Shown: positions 22,297-33,670, counted from the stretch's first letter. The stretch: 64,000 nt of DNA from Alphaproteobacteria bacterium (GCA_963555825.3 CAUVXB020000001.1:1824001-1888000), one strand, 5' to 3'. Notes: a model not told the origin generated them from the sequence alone. Translations and numbers: made by a program.

Positions 22297-23204
22297 GTGC
22301 CGCCACCTCTCCCGGCACGGGTTTGGCCTACGGCCTCCAGCGGGTCTGTGCGGCCTGGGGTTTTGCCCGTTCCTCGTTCTACGCCATGAAATCCCGGCAG
22401 CAGGCCACCGCTGAGCGCCCACCAGCAAAGCGCCGGGGACCGAAGCCCTCGATCTCGGACGAGGCTCTGCTGGTGGCCATCGAGGCCGACCTGGAGGCAT
22501 CCCCCTGGGAGGGCGAGGGACACCGCAAGGTCTGGGCTCGGCTTCGGGTCTGTCGTGGCATCCGTGTTTCCCGCAAGCGGGGGCTCCGGGTGATGCGCGA
22601 GAACAACCTGCTCTCGCCCCATCGCTGCCGCCGCCGTGGCGGAAATCCCCATGTCGGTGAGATCATCACCCATGCCCCCAACCTCATGTGGGGCACGGAC
22701 GGCGTTCGGGTGTTCACGGTGGACGACGGCTGGGGCTGGATATTCACCGCCATCGAGCATTGGAACGCCGAGTGCGTCGGCTGGCATGTGTGCAAGCGAG
22801 GCGACCGCTTCGCCGCCCTTCAGCCGATCTCCATGGGGCTTGCGAGGCTGTATGCCTCGACCTCCGCCGGTGCGGCGCGGGGGCTGGCCTTGCGGATGGA
22901 TCACGGCTCCCAGTATCTGTCGGACCACTTCACCAACCAGATCAAGTTCTGGGGCATCCAGCCGTCCTACGCCTTCGTCGAACAGCCCCAGACCAACGGC
23001 GTCGCCGAGAGGTTCAATCGCACGCTCAAGGAACAGATCATCCATGGCCGCATCTACCGCAACATCGCGGAGCTGCGGAACGCCGTCCGCGGGTTCGTCG
23101 AACAGTACAATGCCCAGTGGATCGTGGAGAAGAACGGCTACCTGAGCCCCGCTCAAGCTCGTCAGGCGTGGCACACCGCGATGTCACTCAGGCCCGCCGC
23201 ATGA
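22293..23204 (+). CDS. Transposase OrfB (rve DDE)
   Basis: GHRKVWARL, MWGTD, RMDHGSQY and PQTNGVAERFNRTLKE motifs. Confidence 0.9.
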   Translation: MSAATSPGTGLAYGLQRVCAAWGFARSSFYAMKSRQQATAERPPAKRRGPKPSISDEALLVAIEADLEASPWEGEGHRKVWARLRVCRGIRVSRKRGLRVMRENNLLSPHRCRRRGGNPHVGEIITHAPNLMWGTDGVRVFTVDDGWGWIFTAIEHWNAECVGWHVCKRGDRFAALQPISMGLARLYASTSAGAARGLALRMDHGSQYLSDHFTNQIKFWGIQPSYAFVEQPQTNGVAERFNRTLKEQIIHGRIYRNIAELRNAVRGFVEQYNAQWIVEKNGYLSPAQARQAWHTAMSLRPAA

Positions 23205-23628
23205 GACAAACTTGTGTCCAAGGAACCGGGTGCGATACAACTCGACCAATTCGGCAATGGACGGTCTGGTCTTCCTGCGCGCCTCCAGCCTCGACGATCC
23301 GAACGTGATCACCCCGGGCCTCATCGTCTATGCCAGCCGCGCCGCCGCCTGGGATCACCTCGACCCCGCTCTGCCGGCCTTCCCCGAAATGCCCGAAGGC
23401 GGGCCGCAGAGCGTGAACAGAGGGCACGGGCTGACGACTGTCCGTCGTCAGATGATTTGGGCCAAGTGAGCTAATGTCACTACGATGAGCCAGAAACCCT
23501 CCGTTACGCAATCAACTCAATCTGTCCCACAGGCGCTGATGTCAGCACCATGGGGCCGGCGTCCCTACTGGCGCAATACTGGGTATATGGCGCGAAGATA
23601 TCCATGTGCCTGATTTAGATGGAGATCC

Positions 23629-25420
23629 TTGGTGGAAGAGAGAAAAATAGATCTCAAACGCATGCGAGAGATATGGAGGGAATTTGGTGCGTACTATGAT
23701 GGACTTCACGCCTTCTATCACGACGCTGTTGCCGGCTTCGTTTGGTTTAGAGAGAAGATGGTGTCCGATCAAGAGGCTGAGCGTGCCCGCTACAGAGGCA
23801 CGGAGCTCGATACAGACGAGTTCTGGAATGGGAAGCGCCTCGCCTATGACAGGCTTTTCGGACAGGATTTTATTGCCTCCGGCTTGCATATTGGTACCTT
23901 ATACCAACGGCGCAAAATTCTGACTCGCAAGGGTTTCCCTTTTTGGGCTGGATGTGATTCAAGGCTGGCGAAGGAGATTCGCCATGTCAGTATGCATTGC
24001 TCTTCGGGACGACTACGACAGCATTGAGCTCCGGTGTTTGGCCAAGCACAGTCGCGATCCCCGCCAAGTTCGCCGGCTTTTGGCCTTGGCGGCGGTTTAC
24101 GACGGCATGAGCCGAGCGGAAGCCGCTAAGGTCGGCGGCATGGATCGCCAGACGCTGAGAGACTGGGCGCACCGCTTCAACGATGAAGGGGCAGACGGCT
24201 TGAAGAACCGTCCCGGTGCGGGCCGCCCCCGGCTCTTGACCGACGAGCAGATGGGCGAACTGTCGGTGATCGTCGAAACGGGCCCCGATCCAGAGATTGA
24301 CGGTGTGGTTCGCTGGCGGCGGGTTGACCTGAAACGGGTGATCGAAGAACGCTTTGGCGTGATCTATAGCGAGCGGGCGATCTCCGACCTTCTCGTCGCG
24401 CTGTCCTTCTCCCACATCAGCGCCCGGCCGCAGCACCCCAAGCAGGACCAGCGGGTGATCGAGGCGTTCAAAAAAACTTCCCCCGCACGCTCGCTGCCCA
24501 CCTAGCCGGTCTGCCCAAGACCAAGCGGGTCGAGATCTGGTTCCAAGACGAGGCCAGGCTGGGACAGAAGAACGGGCGTGTGCGCATTTGGGCGAAGAAG
24601 GGAACAAGGCCACGCCTGCCCGCCGATCAGCGCTACACGAACGCCTACCTCTTTGGCGCAATCTGTCCCATGGGAGCCAAGGGTGCCGCTCTCATGCTCC
24701 CCTTCGCCAACACAGCCGCCATGCAGATGCATCTCGACGAGATCAGCTGCAACGTCGCCGCCAAGGCCCATGGCGTCGTCCTGATGGACCGCGCCGGGTG
24801 GCACAGCACCGACCAGCTCAAGGTCCCCAAGAACCTCACCATCATCCTGCTGCCATCGCGCTCGCCCGAGCTGAACCCGGTCGAGAACATCTGGCAATAC
24901 CTCCGCCAGAATTGGCTCTCTAACCGCGTCTTCGAAGATTACGACGCCATCATCGAGGCCGGTTGCCAAGCCTGGAACAAACTAATCGACCAGCCCGAGA
25001 CGATCATGTCCATCGGAATGAGAGATTGGGCGATTTCAGGTCAATAATTAGTGCCGTTGGTATTAGAGGAGGCGAAGGTCAGGAACGAACCGAGCGGGAA
25101 CAATTTCACGACCCTAGCCAATTTATGTATCATTGCCTTCTATGACTTTTGGGACGATTACCTTCGCCGCGAGTACTGCAAAGCAAAGGGATACCACGAT
25201 GTTACTCTTGAAGAGCTTCAGAAGCATGCGAGCTTCGACCTGTGGGGTGATATTCGGTATTTGAGGAACTCGATAGTTCATAACCGAGGAATTGCGATTG
25301 ATGGGATTAGGAATTGTAAGCTTATTAAGTGGAGAAAACTCAGCTACGTTCTTGGGATGGAGAATTTTCAGAATGCAGCAATTGAGCCCAAGTTGGATCT
25401 AGTGCTGCATAAATTTCCGC
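23629..25420 (+). pseudogene. HEPN-like (RxxxxH) protein interrupted by IS630; 3' end uncertain
   Basis: Low-GC ORF. Removing IS630 rejoins ..HIGTL|EEAKVRN.. in frame. The C-part has IIAFYDFWDDYLR and DIRYLRNSIVHNRG. Confidence 0.65.
23902..25062 (+). mobile_element. IS630-family element (type 2), 1161 bp
   Basis: TACCAACGGC...GCCGTTGGTA ends with TTA duplicated. Transposase ORFs at ~23984-24505 and to 25047, with a slippery A7 run at ~24470. Near-identical to 61043-62203. Confidence 0.95.
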
Positions 25421-25592
25421 GCCATGGCGACGATGATCGCCTGCGGCGGGGCGTGCGAGCCGGCCGCGGCTGGCGCGGCGATCAGGGGCGAACAGGCGGG
25501 CGGCAAGGCGCGTCATTGGATCGGGCTGAATTCGACCGCGACTCCGCCGCCGACGCCGCGCGCGATCCACTTGATTCCGGCCGCCCGCGGCG

Positions 25593-26354
25593 TCAGCGCC
25601 GGCGCACGAACAGCATCGAAAGCGCGGCGCTCGTCTTGTTGAATGTCTTCAACAGGTCGAAGCCGAAATCGCCGAATAGCCGCGTCATGTTGTCGTGGTT
25701 GAACCACTGGATGTGTTCGATCGGGCAAATGTCGGACCAGTCGCGGATGTTTTCTGGCACCGTCGGATGGCCGGCGTCGGGCGTTGCGACATAAACCACG
25801 GTGCCAATCTTCGATCGCGCGGCGATCATGTTCATGATGCCCGCCGGACCCGGAATGTGCTCCATCAGCTCGGTCGTGAACATGAAGTCGAAGACGATGT
25901 CGCGGCGCGCCATCGCCTCGAAGCTCTCGCAATGGAAGGTGCACTTCGGATAGTGCCGGCGGGCATAGGCGATCGAGTTCTGGCCGATGTCCAGGCCGTG
26001 CGCGTCGGCGCCGAGCCGCCGAAAGGCGTCGACAGTGAAACCGCCGCCGCAACCGACGTCGAGCGCCGTCTTGCCGGGAAGATACTTCAGGAAGCGGAAC
26101 GACTTAATGAAGGCGCGCCGCGCGCGCGAGCGGGCCTTGGGGTAGCTGTCGGCGCTGGCGCCCCGGTAGGCGGTCGCATAGTAGGCGCTGAGGTCGTCCT
26201 CGGACGGATAGGGATCGACGAACAGGAAACCGCAGGCGGCACAACCGACGATGTCGAAGCCGTCCTTCTCGAAGGCAAAACGGCATTCGCCGCCGCAGAC
26301 ATGACAACGCGCCGGATCGGCGTGATCGCGCTCAACGCCCTGCATTCGTGTCAT
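25593..26354 (-). CDS. Class I SAM-dependent methyltransferase with an N-terminal zinc ribbon
   Basis: CHVCG...CAACG, ALDVGCGGG, GLDI, ELMEHI, TPD and EHIQWF motifs. Confidence 0.85.
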   Translation of the reverse strand: MTRMQGVERDHADPARCHVCGGECRFAFEKDGFDIVGCAACGFLFVDPYPSEDDLSAYYATAYRGASADSYPKARSRARRAFIKSFRFLKYLPGKTALDVGCGGGFTVDAFRRLGADAHGLDIGQNSIAYARRHYPKCTFHCESFEAMARRDIVFDFMFTTELMEHIPGPAGIMNMIAARSKIGTVVYVATPDAGHPTVPENIRDWSDICPIEHIQWFNHDNMTRLFGDFGFDLLKTFNKTSAALSMLFVRRR

Positions 26355-26384
26355 CCCGGGTAGCGTGAGGGCTCACCGGCCGCT

Positions 26385-26821
26385 CTACTCGGCGCGCAAC
26401 TTGGCGTAGGAGCCGGGCGCATCCTCGATCGGCGTCAGCTTGCCGTCGCCAGGCACGCGCGCCGCGATCTTCTTGCCCGAGCGTTTGGTGTTCCAGCGCT
26501 TCCAGTCGTGCCACCACGAGCCGGCATGCTCGGTTGCGCCGGCCAGCCATGCGTCGGGCGTCGTGGCGATCTCGTCGCTCGTCCAATGGCCGTACTTGTT
26601 GGCCGCCGGCGGATTTATCACGCCGGCGATATGGCCCGATGCGGCCAGTGTGAAGCGCACCGGCCCGCCGTAGAGCTGCGTCCCGGCATAGGTCGATTTC
26701 CACGGCGCGATGTGGTCGTCGCGCGTCGACAGGAGATAGGCCGGCGTCGCTACCTTGCGCAGATCGATCGGCACGCCGGCGAGCGAGATGCCGCCCGGCT
26801 TCGAGAGCAGGTTCTCTTGAT
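26385..26821 (-). pseudogene. phaC: Class I PHA synthase, C-terminal fragment
   Basis: ENLL..PGGI.L.G.PIDL..V, DDHIAPW, SGHIAGVINPP, GSWW.DW and IEDAPGSY motifs. The N-terminal part, including the catalytic Cys, is missing at the IS1380 junction. Confidence 0.9.
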
Positions 26822-28463
26822 CCGACATTCCCCATATACCATCCAAATTCGTGGAAATCGTACCACTTTCCCACCGCCAAGGGAACTGTATCCCCTATGC
26901 AGCCATCCGATGGCATGATTTTGGTAATCGGCCCGCGCTTGGAAGGCCACTCGGTCATTTTTCTCGCCATCCAGACACACCTCTCCTGTCGCTTTCTCCT
27001 CGCCGTCGATTCCCTCGGCCTACGCCGGAGCGGGTCTTCGTCGCAGATCATCAATCAAGCTCAGGATTTTCCGGAACAGGTCCCTCGGCACCGCCACCTC
27101 AGCCAATTGGAACGTAACGTAGCGGCCATGTCGGACAACCTTGGCCCCGATCTTCACCAGCTTGTCGCGCAACGTCGTCATCGACCAGTGCTCCACCTCC
27201 TTCGGCAAAGCCAGTGTCCTCATGAAGTTGCCCAGATTGTAGGCCAGGGCGTGAAGCTGGAGCCGAACGGCATTGTTGCGGAACTTGCGACATGACAGAC
27301 GGGTCCAGTTGATGGCGTTCTTGCCTTCCTTGATGTGCTGCTCCGCCGTGCCACGGTGATTATAGAACGCCACCACCCGCTTGGTAGGGCGCGACAGATT
27401 AGTGACGATGAAACCGACGCGAGGAACCAGCTCGCCGGGGTGCCACTCCACTTTGGCCACGACACGGCGCTTCTTGTTCCACGATCCGGCCTGATAGCTG
27501 AAGCTGGCGTGGAAACGGCGAACATGGTCGGGCGGGCGACCGACAGGTCGCGTAAGCAGATGGGCAATGTTCCGCTGGAGAATCGCGTTCGCTTTGAGGC
27601 GGATGACGTAGAGTAATCCCTCGGCTTCGAGATATTCGTATATCTCCGGTGAGGCGAAGGCGGCATCGCCACGAAAATACAGCCGCACCTTCCTTTCCTT
27701 ATAGCGCATCACCACCGGCTCCAGAACATTCCGCCATCCGTCGGCACTGTGAACATTACCGGGGCGCAGGGAACATCTCTCCAAGTCGCCGAACTGGTTG
27801 AACAGGAATAGCGGATGCTAGCAGGTACAGCCGAAGTGACCATTGTACGCTGTTCCCTCTTGTTCGCCATGGGTCGGGCTGACGCTGCTGTCCATGTCGA
27901 GAATGATCATCTTCGGCGGATGGCGGTCATGAACCTTGTCGATCCACACCCCGTTCATGTCGACCAAGGCTTCAACGTTCTCGTCGGTGGCCAATAGCTC
28001 CGTCTCGAAGCGTCCCATCTGGCTGGTGGAAGCGGCCTGTCTTTCGATGGCCTTGCCGCCAACAATCCAGCGCATGGCGGGATCGCGTCCCAGACGGTCG
28101 GCGTCGTTCACATCGTCATAGCCGCCAAGGCGCCCGAAAACGGACTGGCGAAACTGACCCGTCATGCCGTGCCATCCGTTCTTGCCGGTACGGCTATCCT
28201 GGAAAACACCCTCGGCCATCTCAGTCAGGCCGAGGGCATCGTCAAGCTCCCGGTAGGCGAGCAACCCGGCATCAGAGGTGATCTTGGAACCGTGGAATTC
28301 AAGCTTCAATCGACGGTCAAAAACGACCCGAAGGCACCCCGGTTTCGATTCACCCATCGGGTGTGCCATATCCGCCGCTCCATGTATGCTACAACTTCAT
28401 GATTCTTATAGCAGAATCGCCTTCTCGCCGCACTGAATATCGACGATACTTGGGAAATGCGGG
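26822..28463 (-). mobile_element. IS1380-family element
   Basis: Imperfect terminal inverted repeats CCGACATTCCCA and TGGGAAATGCGGG; no target duplication. Confidence 0.88.
27020..28369 (-). pseudogene. IS1380 transposase with an internal TAG
   Basis: ITSDAGLL, GYDDVNDAD, LDMDSS, YNGHFGCTC*HPL (stop at 27818-27820), LRPGNVHSA, RGDAAF and YNHRGTAEQHIKEGK motifs. Confidence 0.9.
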
Positions 28464-28881
28464 CTGGGATATTTGCCCGTCGGGGTCAGCCAGCACATCT
28501 GATACGGCGGCCGCCGGCTTCTTAAGTGGCGAAGTTTTTTGTTCATTGGAGACCGGAGAGCCAGTCGACGCCTGCTACGTCGCGTGGAGTTCAAATAAAC
28601 GAGCGGGTCCTCTGGAAATCGAAGGTGCCGTGCGAACGAGCATGGCCGACCTTCGCATCGAGAACGTGTCGTTTCTAGACGAACTTGGGAATGAATTACC
28701 ATGGATAGGTATAAGGAAATTCTCCTCTCCTACGGTTGTGAAACAGCCAATTAATTACGCCGGAATAGAAACCGCGAAATTTAAGGAAAGACTTATGAGG
28801 CAGATAATTAGAAAGCATCTTTTGGAACAAGGGATGCGCATCGACGGCGCCAATGTTGAAATTTGCTTAGCACGAGGTTAG
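28464..28881 (+). pseudogene. Low-GC hypothetical protein, 5' end lost at IS1380
   Basis: Open frame from the IS end to TAG 28881; GC is far lower than the backbone; 7 nt upstream of the next gene. Confidence 0.55.
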
Positions 28882-28888
28882 GGAAACC

Positions 28889-29482
28889 ATGGCCAATGAA
28901 TCAGACACCACCTACGACTGGGCCCAAGCGATCTTTGAGGTAATGATGTCTGGTTCAGAGGTTCTCGACGAACTAGTCAAGAGTGCACATCTAGACGCAA
29001 AAGGCGGCGATCTTCGGGACATTGACCTTACCAATCTCGATCTATCGGGGAAGGATCTATGTGGTTGGGATTTGCGCAACGCAAAATTCGGCAACAGTCG
29101 CTTAAGCGGAACAGATTTTCGTGGGGCGAAGATGGATCCATTTGAACTGGTTCAATCCGTGAATTGGAAAGAAGCTATACTTGACGATAATCTTGTAGAC
29201 GAGGTCGCCAAAATTGAATCGTTGATTCGATTGTATGCCAAATTGCTGTTGCCAATTTCGGACCTCGAATTATCTGTGCGTGCTTCTACCAGTCTAAAGA
29301 ACGTTAAAATAACTTACCTCGGAGATTTGGTTCAAAATACATATAATGATTTGTTAAGAATTCCTAACTTTGGAAGAAAATCGCTTTATGAAGTGAAAAA
29401 CATACTTGCAGACATGGGGCTGCATCTCGAAATGGAGCTTAACGACTGGCGACCCGAAAACTTGGTGTCTGACGAAATTTGA
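28889..29482 (+). CDS. Pentapeptide-repeat protein fused to an RNA polymerase alpha-subunit C-terminal domain
   Basis: Repeats GDLRD/IDLTN/LDLSG/KDLCG/WDLRN/AKFGN/SRLSG/TDFRG, then LLPISDLELSVRASTSLKN..ITYLGDLVQ....DLLRIPNFGRKSLYEVK..LADMGLHL.M....WRPENL. Confidence 0.85.
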   Translation: MANESDTTYDWAQAIFEVMMSGSEVLDELVKSAHLDAKGGDLRDIDLTNLDLSGKDLCGWDLRNAKFGNSRLSGTDFRGAKMDPFELVQSVNWKEAILDDNLVDEVAKIESLIRLYAKLLLPISDLELSVRASTSLKNVKITYLGDLVQNTYNDLLRIPNFGRKSLYEVKNILADMGLHLEMELNDWRPENLVSDEI

Positions 29483-30011
29483 CACAGATTGGCTGGCAGA
29501 AGGCAGCCAGCTGTCCTGGTGCGATTGAAAATGTGTGTGACCTTTGAAGAGAAGCGCGGACGTTGAGGGTGCAGAACTTGCAGGTCGGGCGTTCCCATCC
29601 GGTGAAGACCGAGTAAATGTCCTTTGTTCCGAGCTCGCAAATAGTATCCGTGTCGTTACCGGAGAGCTGTCCTAAAGACTTTCCCAAGCGCTACATGACG
29701 AAGCCGAGTTGGATGATGCCATTTCGAAACTCCTGAGTATCGGGGACAGCTAAGCCAGCCTAAAGAGGAATTGTTCGTGCGGCGGGAGTTCTTCTAGTGG
29801 TAGAAACGTCATTTATTAACGTCGCAGGGTGCGACATCCATATCCCTCAACCCAATCCACACATCTTATCAATTAGCTTCTGAAATCAGCCGAGCGAGGT
29901 TCGAGACGAGTTGCTCGACTCAAAGCCCCAACTGATACTTGGCGCCTTGACGCTACCAACGGGTCCAGCCAATGTGGCGCGCATGATATTACCGCGCCGA
30001 GAGCCCCGCTG

Positions 30012-33000
30012 ATGCCTGACGACCGCTGGCAGTTCTGGATCGACCGGGGCGGGACGTTTACCGATATCGTCGCGCGCAAGCCCGGCGGCGGGCTGGTGAC
30101 GCATAAGCTGCTCTCCGAGAACCCGGGGCCGTACGACGACGCGGCGTTGCAGGGCATCCGTGAGCTGCTCGGCGTCGGCCGGGGCGCCGCGATCCCGACT
30201 GCGCCGATCGATGTCGTCAAGATGGGCACGACGGTCGCGACCAACGCATTGCTCGAGCGCCAGGGTGACCGGACGGTGCTGCTGATCACCGAAGGCTTCG
30301 CCGACGCGCTGCGCATCGGCTATCAGAACCGGCCCGACATCTTCGCTCGCGATATCCGGCTGCCGAGACTGGTTTACGAACGCGTCATCGAGGCCTCCGC
30401 GCGGATGACCGCCGACGGAGAGGAACTCACGCCGCTCGACGAGGCCGCGGTGCGCGCCGGGCTCGAAGCGGCGTTCGGCGACGGCATCCGTTCGGTCGCC
30501 ATCGTCTTCATGCACGGTTACCGGTACCACGGCCACGAGGCGCGGGCGGCCGAGATCGCGGTCGAGATCGGCTTCACGCAGATCTCGGTGTCGCACCGGG
30601 TCAGCCCGCTGATGAAGCTGGTCAGCCGCGGCGATACCACGGTGGTCGACGCCTATCTCTCGCCGATCCTGCGGCGCTATGTCGACCGCGTCGCCGACGA
30701 GCTCGACGAGGTGCGGCTGATGTTCATGCAGTCGAACGGCGGGCTGACCGACGCGCGGCTGTTCCAGGGCAAGGACTCGATCCTCTCAGGTCCCGCCGGC
30801 GGCGTCGTCGGCGCGGTCAAGGCGAGCGAACTCGCCGGCATCGAGCGGATCATCGGCTTCGACATGGGCGGCACCTCGACCGACGTCTCGCACTACCGGG
30901 GCGAATACGAGCGCGCCTTCATGACCGAGGTCTCGGGCGTGCGCATGCGCGCGCCGATGATGCGCATCCACACGATTGCCGCCGGTGGCGGCTCGATCCT
31001 GTTGTTCGACGGCGCGCGCATGCGCGTCGGCCCGCGCTCGGCCGGCGCCCAGCCCGGCCCGGCGTGCTACCGGAACGGCGGACCGCTCACCGTGACCGAC
31101 GCCAACCTGATGGTCGGCAAGCTGATCCCCTCGCTGTTCCCCAAGGTGTTCGGGCCCGGTCGGGCCGAGGCGCTCGACACCGATGTGGTGCACGAAAAGT
31201 TCGCCGCGCTCGCCGCCGAGATCGAGGGCGCGACCGGTGCCGCGCGTACGCCGCAAGAGACCGCCGACGGCTTCCTCGCCATCGCGGTCGAGAACATGGC
31301 GCGCGCGATTAAGGAGATCTCGGTGCACCGCGGCCACGACGTCACCGGCTACACGCTCGCCTGCTTCGGCGGCGCCGGCGGCCAGCACGCCTGCCGCGTG
31401 GCCGACGCGCTGGGCATGACGAAGGGCTTCATCCACCCCTATGCCGGGGTACTTTCGGCCTATGGCATGGGCCTCGCCGACGTGCGCGCGATGCGCGAAC
31501 GCGCGGTCGAGGCGCGGCTCGACGACGGCATCATCGCGGAACTGGCCGACGGCCTCGATGCGCTGGCCGCCGAAGCGCGTGGCGAACTCGAGGACCAAGG
31601 CGTCGCGGCCGACGAGATGCGCCTGCTGCGCAAGCTCCACTTGCGCTACGACGGCACCGACAGCGCGTTGATCGTCGACTTCGCCGACCGCGCCGGCATC
31701 GTCGCCGGGTTCGAGGACGCGCACCGCCAGCGCTATGGCTTCGTCGTGCCCGAGAAGGCGCATATCGTCGAGGCCATCGCGGTCGAGGCGATCGGCGCCA
31801 TGGCCGTCATAGACGAGCCACCGATCGCGCGCCGCGAGACCGGCGCCCTCGCGCCGGTCACGACGACCGAGATGTACTCGGGCGGCGAGACCCACGCGAC
31901 ACCGGTCTATCGCCGCGAGGACATCCGCGCCGGCGACACCGCCGACGGCCCGGCGATCGTCGTCGAGCCGACCAGCACGACCGTCGTCGAGCCCGGCTGG
32001 CGGGCCGCGGTCAACGATCGCGGCCACCTGCTGCTCGAGCGCGTCGTGCCGCTCGAGCGCGCCGCGGCGATCGGCACGGCGGTCGATCCGGTGATGCTCG
32101 AAATCTTCAACAATCTCTTCATGTCGATCGCCGAGCAGATGGGCGTGACGCTCGAGAACACCAGCTACTCGGTCAACATGAAGGAGCGGCTCGACTTCTC
32201 CTGCGCGGTGTTCGATCAGGGCGGCGGGCTGATCGCCAACGCGCCCCACATGCCGGTCCATTTGGGCTCGATGGGCGAGAGCGTGCAGGCGGTCATCGCC
32301 CAGCGCCGCGCGACCATGAAGCCGGGCGACGTGTTCGCGCTCAATGCGCCCTACAACGGCGGCACGCATCTGCCCGACATCACCGTGGTGACGCCGGTGT
32401 TCGACGATGCCGGCGAGACCGTTTGGTTCTACGTCGGCTCACGCGGCCACCACGCCGACATCGGCGGCAGCACGCCGGGCTCGATGCCGCCCGATTCGAC
32501 GACGGTCGAGGAGGAAGGCGTGCTGATCGACGACTTCCAGCTGGTCGAGGCGGGCCGCTTCCTCGAGGCGGAACTGCGCGCGCTGCTGAATTCGGGCCGC
32601 TGGCCGGCGCGCAACCCGGACCAGAACGTCGCCGACCTCAAGGCGCAGATCGCCTCATGCGCCAAGGGCGTCGCCGAGCTGCGCAAGATGGTCGACCACT
32701 TCTCGCTGGCGACCGTCCAGGCCTACATGCAGCACGTCCAGGACAACGCCGAGGAATCGGTACGCCGCGTACTCGACGTCTTGAAGGACGGCGAATTCGC
32801 CTATCCGCTCGACGAGGGCGGCGTGATCCGCGTCGCGATCACCATCGACAAGGCGGCGCGGCGCGCGGCGGTCGACTTCAGCGGCACCTCGGAACAGCGC
32901 AGCAGCAACTTCAACGCGCCCTCTGCGGTGTGCCGGGCGGCGGTGCTCTACGTCTTCCGCACCCTCGTCGACGACGAAATCCCGATGAACGAGGGCTGCC

Positions 33001-33617
33001 TGAAACCGATCGACATCGTCATCCCGGAAGGCTCGATGCTGCGCCCGCAATACCCGGCCGCGGTGGTCGCCGGCAACGTCGAGACCTCGCAGTGCATCGT
33101 CGATGCGCTGTATGGCGCGCTCGGCGTCATCGCCGCGTCGCAGGGCACGATGAACAACTTCACCTTCGGCAACGACCGCTGGCAATACTACGAGACGGTC
33201 TGCGGCGGCGCCGGCGCCGGACCCGACTTCGACGGCACCGACGCGGTGCACACGCATATGACGAACTCGCGCATCACCGACCCCGAAGTGCTCGAATGGC
33301 GCTTCCCGGTGCTGCTCGAGCGGTTCTCGATCCGGCATGGCTCGGGCGGCGCGGGCCGCCGGCACGGCGGCGACGGCACGGTCCGGCGCATCCGCTTCCG
33401 CCAGCCGATGACCGCGGCGATCCTGTCGTGCCACCGCACGGTCGCGCCCTTCGGCGTCGCCGGTGGCGCCAACGCCCAGACGGGTCACTGTTACGTCGAA
33501 CGCGCCGACGGTGGCCGCGACGAACTCCGCGCCTGCGACCAGACCGAGATGACGGCCGGCGACGTCTTCGTCATCGAGACACCGGGCGGCGGCGGCTTCG
33601 GCGCGCCGGATGGTTAG
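30012..33617 (+). CDS. Fused hydantoinase A/B / ATP-dependent 5-oxoprolinase
   Basis: [87 protein letters not shown] and TPGGGG motifs. Confidence 0.95.
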   Translation: MPDDRWQFWIDRGGTFTDIVARKPGGGLVTHKLLSENPGPYDDAALQGIRELLGVGRGAAIPTAPIDVVKMGTTVATNALLERQGDRTVLLITEGFADALRIGYQNRPDIFARDIRLPRLVYERVIEASARMTADGEELTPLDEAAVRAGLEAAFGDGIRSVAIVFMHGYRYHGHEARAAEIAVEIGFTQISVSHRVSPLMKLVSRGDTTVVDAYLSPILRRYVDRVADELDEVRLMFMQSNGGLTDARLFQGKDSILSGPAGGVVGAVKASELAGIERIIGFDMGGTSTDVSHYRGEYERAFMTEVSGVRMRAPMMRIHTIAAGGGSILLFDGARMRVGPRSAGAQPGPACYRNGGPLTVTDANLMVGKLIPSLFPKVFGPGRAEALDTDVVHEKFAALAAEIEGATGAARTPQETADGFLAIAVENMARAIKEISVHRGHDVTGYTLACFGGAGGQHACRVADALGMTKGFIHPYAGVLSAYGMGLADVRAMRERAVEARLDDGIIAELADGLDALAAEARGELEDQGVAADEMRLLRKLHLRYDGTDSALIVDFADRAGIVAGFEDAHRQRYGFVVPEKAHIVEAIAVEAIGAMAVIDEPPIARRETGALAPVTTTEMYSGGETHATPVYRREDIRAGDTADGPAIVVEPTSTTVVEPGWRAAVNDRGHLLLERVVPLERAAAIGTAVDPVMLEIFNNLFMSIAEQMGVTLENTSYSVNMKERLDFSCAVFDQGGGLIANAPHMPVHLGSMGESVQAVIAQRRATMKPGDVFALNAPYNGGTHLPDITVVTPVFDDAGETVWFYVGSRGHHADIGGSTPGSMPPDSTTVEEEGVLIDDFQLVEAGRFLEAELRALLNSGRWPARNPDQNVADLKAQIASCAKGVAELRKMVDHFSLATVQAYMQHVQDNAEESVRRVLDVLKDGEFAYPLDEGGVIRVAITIDKAARRAAVDFSGTSEQRSSNFNAPSAVCRAAVLYVFRTLVDDEIPMNEGCLKPIDIVIPEGSMLRPQYPAAVVAGNVETSQCIVDALYGALGVIAASQGTMNNFTFGNDRWQYYETVCGGAGAGPDFDGTDAVHTHMTNSRITDPEVLEWRFPVLLERFSIRHGSGGAGRRHGGDGTVRRIRFRQPMTAAILSCHRTVAPFGVAGGANAQTGHCYVERADGGRDELRACDQTEMTAGDVFVIETPGGGGFGAPDG

Positions 33618-33670
33618 GCCATGATACGGTCTATTGAGAGCGGCCGGACCGCCCCAGCGCGCGACCGCGC

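Larger units (their letters stand above)
21820..23239 (+). mobile_element. IS3-like element with a 14-bp target duplication
   Basis: TGAGTCGGACCCGATTTCCTTGGACACA...TGTGTCCAAGGAACCGGGTGCGATACA. ACTCGACCAATTCG occurs at 21806-21819 and 23240-23253. Confidence 0.9.
21559..23469 (+). pseudogene. GFA-family protein interrupted by an IS
   Basis: GGCLCGAVRY, CYCVDCRK, RGFCPTCGS. Removing the IS and one target copy restores ..YSTNS|AMDGLVFLRASSLDDP in frame. Confidence 0.9.

Noticed and set aside
25421-25794. C-terminal extension of the HEPN-like ORF
   Set aside because: GC jumps to backbone level and the frame runs antisense into the methyltransferase gene; read-through after a junction.
27818-27820. 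Recoded (pyrrolysine or read-through) TAG in the IS1380 transposase
   Set aside because: It falls at a conserved Tyr (CYHPL), one base from TAC/TAT; a simple nonsense mutation is more likely.
28889-29482. Calling this gene rpoA
   Set aside because: It lacks the alpha N-terminal domain and the rpsK/rplQ context.
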